From Candidatus Bathyarchaeota archaeon (GTDB lineage: Archaea; Thermoproteota; Bathyarchaeia; 40CM-2-53-6): DNA of 64,000 bases. Of the stretch, positions 9,938 through 18,945 are shown one piece after another. The position numbers were made by a program, and so were the translations under genes. The stretch is from assembly GCA_963733055.1 (NCBI GenBank), contig CAVTBR010000003.1:384001-448000 (forward strand). The letters are read 5' to 3'. The stretch's first letter is position 1. The number at the start of each line of letters is the position of its first letter. Below the pieces are notes generated by a model, which had not been told where the DNA came from, made no database searches, and saw only the letters and a list, made by a program, of their open reading frames with translations.

Positions 9938-10656
9938 GCATTCTTGCTCCCGAAAAAGTCCTTCAGGGCGGCATCGACGCTCTTGCCCAGAGTGAATGGA
10001 ATCCAACGCGGTTCAATAGGCGTTGCCAGCATTCTTCTCACCATGAGGTATCTACCGTAGTCGTCAAGTCTTGCTTGAATTGTTCCATCAGTGAGGTACT
10101 CTATGGTAGTTGCTAGTTTTGGATCATGAGTCCCCCCTTCCATCAGAAGAAGTGTTGTAACCCCTTTCATCTGCAACCTCATCTTCAGTTGCCCTAGGAA
10201 ACTAACTGCAACACCCGCAGGGTTGTTGACGAGAAAGTCGGTAAAGGAGTCTATGACGAGGGCAGCACCAGCACTGCGCTGAAGAATCGAAAGCAAATCG
10301 TCTACGGCAGAGCTAACATCTTCAAGCTTCCTTAGATCGAGAACATTCTTGAATCCTTCTCGCCAAGAAAAGCAGTCAATTATGCGGATCTTCTCAACGC
10401 CACGAAGATCCAACCCCAAGCTTCTAATTGATTCAATGAATATCTCGTGTGATTCCCCTGTGCTTAGTAGAACTGCAGATTCACCTCTGTTTACGGAAGA
10501 AAGAAGAAATTGTTTAGCCAGTGTGCTCTTTCCTGAACCAGGTAGTCCAGTCACCAGAACGGTCGAGCCCTGTGGAAGACCTCCCCGCAAGACTAGATCA
10601 AGTGCCCTAATTCCGAACGCATGCCGGACCACTCCTGAGGAGGCTTTCGTTGTCAT
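9934..10656 (-). CDS. Single-domain KaiC/RAD55-family ATPase
   Basis: LDLVLRGGLPQGSTVLVTGLPGSGKS, LVIDS, IEYLTDGTI; probable start MTTKAS at 10656. Confidence 0.85.
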   Translation of the reverse strand: MTTKASSGVVRHAFGIRALDLVLRGGLPQGSTVLVTGLPGSGKSTLAKQFLLSSVNRGESAVLLSTGESHEIFIESIRSLGLDLRGVEKIRIIDCFSWREGFKNVLDLRKLEDVSSAVDDLLSILQRSAGAALVIDSFTDFLVNNPAGVAVSFLGQLKMRLQMKGVTTLLLMEGGTHDPKLATTIEYLTDGTIQARLDDYGRYLMVRRMLATPIEPRWIPFTLGKSVDAALKDFFGSKNA

Positions 10657-10921
10657 TACGGCCAAACCCACGAGCCAAAGCGTCGCCCACCGAATTATTC
10701 TACGTATACCATTACCACTTCTACACTCATCTTTCCACCAAAGTACATTAACGGAACGACCGCAACACACCCCTGGCCCAGAATCTGCATAACCAATTAC
10801 GGGTCAGTGGATAACGAAACAAGCTAGACTCATGCAGGAAAAAGCTTAGCCAAAGCGGCCCTTGCAGCGAAAAGTCCTTTTACCCTCCCATTGGCACTGG
10901 ATGCTGTTAACGGTGGAAAGC

Positions 10922-11149
10922 ATGGTAGTGGTTGTGCGCGACAGAGGTCCTCTAGGCATCATTTTGCTAGTAATCACGCTTCTGAGCCTCATATCGCTAG
11001 TAATCATAATTTTCCTGATCATGCAGGGAAGGGGAAACGTTATGGTAGTCGCAATACCTGGCTTCCCACCAGAAGCAATACTCGCAGGGTTAGCCGTAGG
11101 GACGTTCGTCGTGCTTGCACGACGTTTTCCCCGCCGGAAGCATACCTAG
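10922..11149 (+). CDS. Small membrane protein with IPGFP-type C-terminal sorting signal
   Basis: N-terminal TM, then IPGFPPEAILAGLAVGTFVVL and a basic RRFPRRK tail. Confidence 0.6.
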   Translation: MVVVVRDRGPLGIILLVITLLSLISLVIIIFLIMQGRGNVMVVAIPGFPPEAILAGLAVGTFVVLARRFPRRKHT

Positions 11150-11260
11150 TTTCGTGATCCGATTCTGTAGAGTCGCTTCAACGTTACCGTGCGCTTAATT
11201 CAGACTTCGTCCTGACCGGAGGCGGATTGGCCGCGCCGTCGTTTTCTGCGCAATCTGAAC

Positions 11261-11623
11261 CTATGGGACGCCCGGGAACAGTCCGCCGAGTACTGTGATT
11301 CCAATTGCCGCTAGGACGAAGAGCACTATGATCAATATGACCACAGCGAGGATTGCGATTACAACCGCCTTAATCCAGCCAACACCGAAGAAGTGTTTGA
11401 TTAGCAGCAGGATTATCACAATCTCGATTATTGTCCAAAGCCATCCCCAGCCCCCGATGAAATAGCCAAGAATGTCCGTAACGATAATTGCCGAGACAAC
11501 CGTCAAAATCCCGTGCCAGTACGTGGCTCTAGGTGCACCCAATGCTTTGGCGGCGAGCCAGACGAAAATTCCGCCGATGATACCAGCGATTACTAGATGA
11601 ATAATCGTGCCGATAATGTCCAC
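11261..11623 (-). CDS. Four-TM small membrane protein
   Basis: Almost entirely hydrophobic, 120 aa. Confidence 0.75.
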   Translation of the reverse strand: MDIIGTIIHLVIAGIIGGIFVWLAAKALGAPRATYWHGILTVVSAIIVTDILGYFIGGWGWLWTIIEIVIILLLIKHFFGVGWIKAVVIAILAVVILIIVLFVLAAIGITVLGGLFPGVP

Positions 11624-11689
11624 TGCGGTTGCCTCAGAGTCGGATTAACCCGTTTTAGATATAAGACTTTGGAGAACCCAATCACTCAT

Positions 11690-13405
11690 TCAGTGCCTTT
11701 TCAGGACCGTCCTCAACTTCGTTAATGGCATCGTGTTGATAACGTCGTTTCGGCTCAACCAACCTCTTCGAGCGATACCGATCCCGAACCGAATGTTCCG
11801 TAGTTCAGCTGTATCGTGAGCGTCTGTGTTTATGATCAGTTTGCACCCCCCCTTCAAGGCCAGTTTGGCGTTCGCGTCGTCTAGGTCGAGTCGATGGGGG
11901 GACGAGTTTATTTCAAGATAGGTTCCGGTTCGTTTCGAAGCCTCGAAAAGTTCATCGAAATCGATTTCAGATGGGTTCTTTTCGTTTATCTTTCTGCTCG
12001 TTGGATGACCGATGATGTTTACGAGCCCGGTTTCCATCGTCGTGATTAAGCGTTGAGTCATCTCCTTTTTCGATTGTTTGAATGTTCCATGTATGCTCGC
12101 CACAACTAGATCTAACTCCTTTAGGACAGATTCTACTCCCTTCAATGTCCCGTCGGGTGCAATGTCGACTTCAGCACCTTTTAGAACGGTAATGCCCTCT
12201 AGTTTTCCGTTTACTTTGTCTATCTCTTTCGATTGCTCGCGCAACCGCTCCTCGTTGAGTCCGTTGACGATAGGCATTGTGCTGTAGTGGTCGGTGATCG
12301 CGACGTATGAATAACCCAGGGTTTTCGCGGCTTGAGCCATCTCTTCGATAGTCTGCTGGCCATCACTCCACTTCGTGTGCATCTGTAGATCCCCCTGAAT
12401 CGCGTCATAGGGAATCAGATCCGGCAGATCATGGTTCTTTGCTGCCTCTACTTCTCCTCGATCCTCCCTGAGTTCTGGTGGAATGTAGTCGAGCCCGAGT
12501 TTCTTGTACACTTCCTCCTCGGTGCGGCCCGCCACTGGCTCGTTGCCTTTGAACAAGCCATACTCGCTGAGCTTGAGACCTTTGGAGATGGCGAGTTTTC
12601 TTAGGGCTATGTTATGATCCTTCGACCCGGTGAAGTACATCAATGCCGTGCCGAAGCTCTGTTCGTCTACGATGCGAAGATCTACCTGAAGGTTGCTTTG
12701 TAGAAAGATTGAGGACTTTGTTTTCCCTTTTTCGAGAACCTTTCGAACATCCGACATACTGGTGAAAGCTTCAGATAATTGAGTCGGGTGGAGCGAGGTT
12801 GCGAGAATGTCGATGTCGCCGATGGTTTCCTTCATTCTTCGCAAGGACCCAGCCGCTTCGACCTGGGCTGTCTCCGCCTTCTTGTTGCCACGTAAGTGCT
12901 TGCATATTTCCTCAGCAACCGGAAACGCGTCCCCGAGTAGTATGCGAGCTTTGCTCCTTTTGGCGAGTTCGATGCTGCTGAGTATGTTCTCTTCAGTCTT
13001 CGGCCCTAACCGTTTGATCTCTCTAATTCTATGTTCCTTTGCTGCTCGTTCGAGATCATCTAAGGATTTTATTCCCAACCTCTTGAAAAGCACAGCCGCA
13101 GTCTTTGGCCCAATTCCTTCCACGGCCAATATGCCCTCCAAATCCATTGGCGTCTTTGCCTTGAGTTCGTCACGATACTTCAGTGAGCCAGTTTCGATTA
13201 TCTCTCCTATCTTCTTGGCGATAGCCTCGCCTACACCAGGCAGTTCTTCGAGTTTGCCTTTCGCGAACACTTCTTCTATCGGCTCTCCAAGTGATTCTAT
13301 GGTCCGCGCGGCTCGACGGTATGCGCGGGGTTTGAACTCGACGCCCTGCATATCGAGCATATCAGCGACTTCGTTCAGGATCTGGGCTACGAGCTGGTTC
13401 TTCAT
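11690..13405 (-). CDS. polX: DNA polymerase X / PHP-domain protein
   Basis: AYRRAA, GSLRRMKETIGDIDIL, YFTGSKDHN; PHP motifs HTKWSDG, ITDH, INTDAH. Confidence 0.95.
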   Translation of the reverse strand: MKNQLVAQILNEVADMLDMQGVEFKPRAYRRAARTIESLGEPIEEVFAKGKLEELPGVGEAIAKKIGEIIETGSLKYRDELKAKTPMDLEGILAVEGIGPKTAAVLFKRLGIKSLDDLERAAKEHRIREIKRLGPKTEENILSSIELAKRSKARILLGDAFPVAEEICKHLRGNKKAETAQVEAAGSLRRMKETIGDIDILATSLHPTQLSEAFTSMSDVRKVLEKGKTKSSIFLQSNLQVDLRIVDEQSFGTALMYFTGSKDHNIALRKLAISKGLKLSEYGLFKGNEPVAGRTEEEVYKKLGLDYIPPELREDRGEVEAAKNHDLPDLIPYDAIQGDLQMHTKWSDGQQTIEEMAQAAKTLGYSYVAITDHYSTMPIVNGLNEERLREQSKEIDKVNGKLEGITVLKGAEVDIAPDGTLKGVESVLKELDLVVASIHGTFKQSKKEMTQRLITTMETGLVNIIGHPTSRKINEKNPSEIDFDELFEASKRTGTYLEINSSPHRLDLDDANAKLALKGGCKLIINTDAHDTAELRNIRFGIGIARRGWLSRNDVINTMPLTKLRTVLKRH

Positions 13406-13544
13406 CCCGTCGACAACGCCTTGTTCGAATTATGATGGGAACACTGTTTTTTGTGTTCCGTCCTCGACCGTGAAGCTACCTTTCGAATAGACTATACAGA
13501 AGTAAGCGACCCTACATGTCTTAGTGAACCCAGAAGGATAGATC

Positions 13545-14405
13545 TTGTATTCTGGCCCTGCAGACATTAGAAACGTAGTAAAAGCGCGAGGCCGGTGTTC
13601 GTCTAAGAGAGACTTCGGATCCCTGCTAATCATAGGTGGTAGTGAAGTCTATTCTGGCGCCCCAGCCTTGGCTGGAATGGCCGCCTTGAGGACGGGGGTC
13701 GGTTTGGCGATTATCGCCGCACCGCGATCCGTTGCTCCAACCATACGCGGATATTCCCCAAACCTCATTGTGCATGCACTTAACAGCGACGTAGTTAGCC
13801 CTGAACAGACCACGCAACTCTCTAAGCTACTTGAAGCCTCTGACGCTCTAGTCTTGGGCCCCGGCATCGGAAGGGCACCCGAAACCGTTCAAGCAATCCC
13901 CCTGATCACCAAGGAAGCCCGCAAATTAGGCAAGCCACTGCTAATCGACGCCGATGCAATCCGAGCACTCACCCAATCAATGGAATCGCTCAACGGCACG
14001 CTAATCACACCTCACGCCGGCGAATTCAAAGCAATCTCAGGAAAGGAAGCACCTCAACTTGAGGGCGATAGGCTGGCTGTTTGCATGAAGTTCGCCAAGG
14101 AACACGCTTGCGTCCTTCTTCTGAAAGGCCACGACACCATTGTTACGGACGGAGTCCGTGCAAAGGTCAACCACACCGGAAACCCTGGAATGGCGACCGC
14201 CGGGACGGGGGACGTTCTATCGGGGATAATCGGCGCCTTGCTGGCACAGCGTGTCGATCTATTCTCAGCGGCCGTTGCGGGGGCTTACATTCATGGGGCG
14301 GCGGGCGACCTGGTTTACAGACATAAGGGATTCCACATGCTCGCTACCGACCTCACTGAAGCCCTCCCCGCCGTTCTTAGAAAATACGATCGCGTGAGAA
14401 GGTAG
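13545..14405 (+). CDS. nnrD: ADP/ATP-dependent NAD(P)H-hydrate dehydratase
   Basis: GGSEVYSGAPALA, GPGIG, IDADA, TPHAGEF, LKG, GNPGMATAGTGDVLSG. Confidence 0.93.
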   Translation: MYSGPADIRNVVKARGRCSSKRDFGSLLIIGGSEVYSGAPALAGMAALRTGVGLAIIAAPRSVAPTIRGYSPNLIVHALNSDVVSPEQTTQLSKLLEASDALVLGPGIGRAPETVQAIPLITKEARKLGKPLLIDADAIRALTQSMESLNGTLITPHAGEFKAISGKEAPQLEGDRLAVCMKFAKEHACVLLLKGHDTIVTDGVRAKVNHTGNPGMATAGTGDVLSGIIGALLAQRVDLFSAAVAGAYIHGAAGDLVYRHKGFHMLATDLTEALPAVLRKYDRVRR

Positions 14406-14577
14406 CCCGCTTCTTCAAATGAAAATCAAGGCGTAATACATCCTTCTTTTCGGTGCCTTTACCGGGGAAAACTAGTGGCAATCTAGTTAGGGGTCGGGAT
14501 TGTGGAGGTTCACACGCGCGCCATGACCGGCGACCACGCCTAGGGACCGTCAACGTTCTCGGCATCCCCGCCCTATG

Positions 14578-14905
14578 GGAAACGAGGGTGTAGCACACCG
14601 TGTGCTACACCGTGATTTTCGCCTGAGAGACGCCCTGAAAACAGGGGTGTAAGTCACAGTGACTTACACCATGATTTCGGCTAGAGGGGTGGTTTCTACC
14701 GGTGAATGCGCACGGGTCTAAGCAGCCAGGCAACGAACTGGGAAACAGTTCAGCGAAACTGTGGCGCAGTTGAACCATCAAGTGAGAGTACGTGGAAAAA
14801 CGAGGGTGAAGGTCACAGTGAAGGTCACCCTGATTTTTCCTCCTGGATCCATCTGGCTGTCGCGAGGTGAGTGAGCGCCACCGTGACCGTCACCCTGCCT
14901 TTTCG
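14578..14905. repeat. Four tandem-palindrome elements (GTG-N5-CAC)-N-(GTG-N5-CAC) with GAAA..GG / CCnTGATTT-like flanks
   Basis: Perfect 12-1-12 inverted repeats at 14587-14611 and 14646-14670; related copies at 14805-14829 and 14871-14893. Confidence 0.85.
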
Positions 14906-15008
14906 GCCGTCCCAGGTAAGAGGGAATATTGTTAGAGATTCGGATCTGGTAAGGCAGTAGGAAGACGAATTGGGATCCGGTTGGTTTCAACTGTGTCCCA
15001 GTTCAGCC
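14734..15008. repeat. Two pairs of AACTG-N5-CAGTT palindromes with 21-bp spacing
   Basis: 14736-14750 with 14757-14771; 14968-14982 (degenerate) with 14989-15003. Confidence 0.75.
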
Positions 15009-15044
15009 AAAGGTTATACGCCCGCATCCTAATCGCCCGATAAC

Positions 15045-15836
15045 ATGGCTCAGACGATCTTTCACGTTGACGCCTTTGCGGATACGGTGTTTGCTGGCAA
15101 CCCAGCAGGGGTCTGCATCCTACAAGAACCACGTAGTGAGGCTTGGATGCAGAAAGTGGCTCAGGAAATGAACATGTCCGAAACGGCGTTCCTCCACAAG
15201 CGGGGGGACGGGTATGGTTTGCGATGGTTCACGCCGGTAGTCGAGGTTGACCTCTGCGGCCACGCAACCCTCGCGAGCGCACACATCCTCTGGGAGACGG
15301 GATTACTCGGGATTGAGGATAAGGCGCGGTTTCATACCCGTAGCGGCCTTCTAACCGCCAAACGGAGAGATGAATGGATCGAGCTCGATTTCCCGTCTCT
15401 ACCCGACAGGCGAGTTGAGGTTCCGAAAGGGTTGGCCAAGGCGATCGGCGTCAAGCCTCGGTATGTGGGAAGAAGCCGGTTCGATTCCATTGTCGAAGTC
15501 AGTTCAGAGAATTCTGTTCGTACAATGAAACCAGACTTCACCCTCCTCTCCAAGCTTCCCATCCGAGGCCTTATCGTGACCGCGAAAGCCAAAACAGAAC
15601 CGTATGATTTCGTCAGTCGCTTCTTCGCCCCACAGGTAGGAATCAACGAGGACCCAGTAACCGGGTCCGCCTACTCAGTCTTGGGGCCGTTCTGGAAGGG
15701 CAGGCTTCACAAGAATGAACTCCTAGCCTACCAGGCTTCAAGGCGAGGTGGTGTGATCCGGGTTAAGGTGGGCGATAGACGGGTGTACATCGGCGGTAAG
15801 GCGGTCACAGTCTTCAAAGCCGAACTAAACGCTTAG
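15045..15836 (+). CDS. PhzF-family isomerase/epimerase
   Basis: VDAF...GNPAGV, SETAF, RWFTP..EVDLCGHATLA, EDPVTGSA. Confidence 0.93.
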   Translation: MAQTIFHVDAFADTVFAGNPAGVCILQEPRSEAWMQKVAQEMNMSETAFLHKRGDGYGLRWFTPVVEVDLCGHATLASAHILWETGLLGIEDKARFHTRSGLLTAKRRDEWIELDFPSLPDRRVEVPKGLAKAIGVKPRYVGRSRFDSIVEVSSENSVRTMKPDFTLLSKLPIRGLIVTAKAKTEPYDFVSRFFAPQVGINEDPVTGSAYSVLGPFWKGRLHKNELLAYQASRRGGVIRVKVGDRRVYIGGKAVTVFKAELNA

Positions 15837-15843
15837 ACTCGAT

Positions 15844-16350
15844 TCATCTCCGGTCGAGCGCTTTTCGGTAGATTTCGTAGTCTGATTGTGAAAAACAGAC
15901 AAAGACTACCTCGACATCCGGCATTCCGGCGAGGCATTCGCTGATGGCGTCTTCGGCAATTCTTGAGGCGCGCTCAATCGGGAAACCGTAAGCGCCGGTG
16001 CTTATCGAGGGGAAAGCGATTGTTCGAACTCCATTCTGCTCTGCGAGCTTCATAGAATTCAGGTAGCATTCTCGTAACTGTTGTTCTTCGCCGTTCCCGC
16101 CGCCTTTCCAAATTGGGCCGACAGTGTGGATGACGAAACGGGCGGGCAGTTTGCCGGCTTTGGTTATTTTCGCTTGACCGGTTGGACACCCTCCCAGTTT
16201 GCGGCACTCCTCAAGGAGTTGGGGCCCTGCAGCGCGGTGTATCGCGCCGTCCACGCCACCGCCCCCGAGCAGGGTTGTGTTGGCAGCGTTGACGATTGCG
16301 TCAACCTTCTGCTTGGTAATGTCCCCAAGAACTAGTCGAACCTGTCCCAT
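15844..16350 (-). CDS. Macrodomain O-acetyl-ADP-ribose deacetylase (YmdB-like)
   Basis: GDIT, AIVNAAN, GGGGVDGAIHRAAG, VIHTVGP, AFPSISTGAYGFP. Confidence 0.93.
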   Translation of the reverse strand: MGQVRLVLGDITKQKVDAIVNAANTTLLGGGGVDGAIHRAAGPQLLEECRKLGGCPTGQAKITKAGKLPARFVIHTVGPIWKGGGNGEEQQLRECYLNSMKLAEQNGVRTIAFPSISTGAYGFPIERASRIAEDAISECLAGMPDVEVVFVCFSQSDYEIYRKALDRR

Positions 16351-16363
16351 CCAAACCAACAGT

Positions 16364-17800
16364 CTACGTGGGCTTCTGGCCGTCGGTTTCGTATCTTATT
16401 GGGTCTTTGAGTCCGTTAATTTCGAATGCCTTGCGCCTCATGTAACAGGGCCCGCACTTTCCGCAGTGCGCTTCTCCACCCTCATAGCAGCTCCATGTGA
16501 GTTGGAGGGGTGCACCTATGTCAATCCCGAGTTTGACGACTTCATGTTTCATCAAATTACCCACAGGCATTTGGAGTGTAACTTTTTTCTGAAGATTTGT
16601 CGCATAGGGTAGAACCTCTCGCAGCTTATTTACGAACATCATTTCGTTATCGGGGTAGGCTCCCGCTTCCTCTAGGTTGTTTCCGAGAGCGATCGTTCCG
16701 AATCCGTGGGCTTCTGCCACACCAGTTGCTATTGCAATGAAGATGAGGTTTCTGGCGGGCACCCATTCATGCGCGAATTCCGCACCGATTTCTCCTTGTT
16801 TCCCAGTTTCAATTTCATCAAACGTTTCCGTTAGGCGAGAATGACCTATCGCCTTCTTGAACAGATCAGTATCGACAATGATTAGTTCAGTTCCCAGGAA
16901 TTTGGCGATGCGTTTGACGCTTTCCTCCTCTCGCTTCGCTGCGCGTTGTCCATACTTGATGTGTAGCAATGCAACATCGTAACCGTCATCGATCATGACC
17001 TTGGCTGCTGTCGTGCTATCCAGTCCGGCACTGCAGATCACGAGAGCCCTCCGTGCACTCTCATCGTTCTTCCAAAGGGAAAGTCGCTCCTCATTCTTGG
17101 TGGTGTCGACTGTGAGTAGAGAATACGGTTCCATCTGCCTAACGACTTTCGAATCCCAGATGGGCTTCTCGGCCTGCCCGAGGTATGATTCCAGCGACGT
17201 GAAGAACAAGACGTCAAATTCGTCATCGTATTCAAGGAAGATAGGTTTGTAGTTGCAGGCCAAGAATATCTTGGAGGGTTGTCCCGCGTCGACGATCGCC
17301 AAGGCATAGCTGCCTAAAAGTTCGTCTCGGAGAATCTTTTGTAACCCGACCGCCGTCTTATCCCAGGTCTTCTCGAGCAGAGGTGGGATGATTGCGCTGT
17401 CGATTTTAGTTCGTCGAATGAGACCGTATTTTCTTTCGAGGTCATAATCGTTTGCGATTATGCCATTGTGCGTAACGTAGATCGTTGACCCGAAAGGTTG
17501 GATGTCTTCACTCCGTTTCTTGGGGACATACTCAGTGGTGGGTTCGGCTCGGTCATTATTCAAGACGATTAGCGTTTCGGGGTAGATGAAGCGACCATGA
17601 CTATTGAGCGACGCGGTTGGCCGTCCAATATCTTTGATTTGATCTAACTTTCCATTTCTTTGGAACGCCACGATTCCATAAGAATCCCGTCCACGATCCT
17701 CACCCCGAAGGATAAGAGAACGGACTTTGGCTTCAATCGCTGCCAACTCCGCTTCCGAACGAAGCCTTTCGAAGATTACACACCCCGCAATACTACACAT
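16364..17800 (-). CDS. queC: GAT-QueC fusion (class II glutamine amidotransferase plus 7-cyano-7-deazaguanine synthase; archaeosine pathway)
   Basis: N-terminal Cys (MCSIAG), RGRDS, HNGII; SAGLDS, YGQR, VPARN, YPD, CYEGGEAHCGKCGPC. Confidence 0.93.
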   Translation of the reverse strand: MCSIAGCVIFERLRSEAELAAIEAKVRSLILRGEDRGRDSYGIVAFQRNGKLDQIKDIGRPTASLNSHGRFIYPETLIVLNNDRAEPTTEYVPKKRSEDIQPFGSTIYVTHNGIIANDYDLERKYGLIRRTKIDSAIIPPLLEKTWDKTAVGLQKILRDELLGSYALAIVDAGQPSKIFLACNYKPIFLEYDDEFDVLFFTSLESYLGQAEKPIWDSKVVRQMEPYSLLTVDTTKNEERLSLWKNDESARRALVICSAGLDSTTAAKVMIDDGYDVALLHIKYGQRAAKREEESVKRIAKFLGTELIIVDTDLFKKAIGHSRLTETFDEIETGKQGEIGAEFAHEWVPARNLIFIAIATGVAEAHGFGTIALGNNLEEAGAYPDNEMMFVNKLREVLPYATNLQKKVTLQMPVGNLMKHEVVKLGIDIGAPLQLTWSCYEGGEAHCGKCGPCYMRRKAFEINGLKDPIRYETDGQKPT

Positions 17801-18521
17801 TCATGTCGCTCCCGATCAGATTGGGCATTGCCTTCTTGAGCCCGGAGAGTACGAGGATCGCTCCACCGGTTGCTACGCTCCGTTCGAAGAACATGAAAGG
17901 CGTAATCACGGCCCAAACTGGTCCATGAAGGCTGAGAAGGGTGATGCTCGCGATAGTCATTGTGGCGAGTTCACACATGCTAGCGTAGAGGCATAGCAGA
18001 GGAAACCTCCACCTTGTAACAACCAGGACGAGTGGCAACGTTACGGCGACGAGAATGTAGGGCGCAAGCCATGCTAAGGTGCCACCCGAGAAGACAGCGT
18101 AAAAGGCGGCCCCAAATAGTACGTAAGCCCACGCCACAAATTTTCCGAGCCGGGTATGGACGGCGAGACTTCCGAGGAAGATTCCTGCAACAGGTATGAC
18201 GATGCTTACGGGACCGTAAACGGGGGCGGTAGCAAGTTGAAGCGCGTAGACAACGAAAGTTCCAACTAGCCCTGCAAGCAACGCCGCCTTTGGTTTCAGC
18301 ATCACTGCCATAACTGGCACGAACACCTCTCCCAAAGTGACGAAGCCAGCACCGCCGATGAACGAACTGATAGGAACCGCCGAGGCAAGCACGAAGATCG
18401 CGGACAGGACGGCTATTTGAGAGAGTTCGCGGGTTTCGATGCTTGAGCGTAACTTGTTCTGTGCCATTACCTCCCTACTCCGGGGTTTCTTTGGCGCAAT
18501 CGGGTGGGAGGCCCCACTCAC
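17793..18521 (-). CDS. ECF S-component-like membrane protein
   Basis: 6-7 TMs; AVLSAIF...PISSFIGG..F...P..A.LAGLVG pattern; overlaps the GAT-QueC start by 8 bp. Confidence 0.65.
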   Translation of the reverse strand: MSGASHPIAPKKPRSREVMAQNKLRSSIETRELSQIAVLSAIFVLASAVPISSFIGGAGFVTLGEVFVPVMAVMLKPKAALLAGLVGTFVVYALQLATAPVYGPVSIVIPVAGIFLGSLAVHTRLGKFVAWAYVLFGAAFYAVFSGGTLAWLAPYILVAVTLPLVLVVTRWRFPLLCLYASMCELATMTIASITLLSLHGPVWAVITPFMFFERSVATGGAILVLSGLKKAMPNLIGSDMNV

Positions 18522-18649
18522 GCGCCTAATTCCAAATCAAATTCGGTTTGACAATTAAGCCTTCCTAGACCGTGCGTCACGGCGACTAGGGACGAATACT
18601 GAGACAACAGGATATCGGGGTTAAATTCGAATTTAGAAGTAGAGGGTTA

Positions 18650-18670
18650 GGAGCGGTCAGTTTCCGCTCC
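18650..18670 (-). terminator. GC hairpin 3' of the small gene at 18683-18841
   Basis: GGAGCGG-N7-CCGCTCC. Confidence 0.4.
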
Positions 18671-18682
18671 CTTATGGATTTC

Positions 18683-18841
18683 TTACGCTAGGTCAACTGT
18701 CCTAGCTCTCTTAGCCAGCTTCTTACTCGCTACTGCGATGCGCTGCCGTGTTCTCGGGTTCCCGAGTACTCCGGCGACTACAGCGCCTATTGCGAATGAA
18801 GCAAGCGCTACAGCAAAGCTTCGCTTTGAATCTCCGTTCAA
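18683..18841 (-). CDS. 52-aa single-TM protein (YtxH-like); not in ORF track
   Basis: SD GAGGAGGT, TTG start; MNGDSKRSFAVALASFAIGAVVAGVLGNPRTRQRIAVASKKLAKRARTVDLA. Confidence 0.7.
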   Translation of the reverse strand: MNGDSKRSFAVALASFAIGAVVAGVLGNPRTRQRIAVASKKLAKRARTVDLA

Positions 18842-18945
18842 AATGCAACCTCCTCTCAAGTTTTGTTATACCTACACCACGGAGGTATATTAACGTACCA
18901 TAAATGAAACATTAATATACCATCAAAAGTGTAGGGACGGTCCAT

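Noticed and set aside
3736-10656. Bona fide KaiABC circadian clock or gas-vesicle cluster
   Set aside because: No kaiA, kaiB or gvpA-type genes in the window
12807-13490. Long antisense ORFs (this one, 10349-10792, 28200-28661, 60461-60949 and others)
   Set aside because: They are shadows of well-supported genes on the opposite strand, with no motifs of their own
14488-14575. tRNA-like GC-rich stem
   Set aside because: No TTCGA T-loop or D-loop consensus; kept only as part of the repeat mosaic
14578-15008. Repeats as a CRISPR array
   Set aside because: Repeats are degenerate, of two types and irregularly spaced; no cas genes in the window
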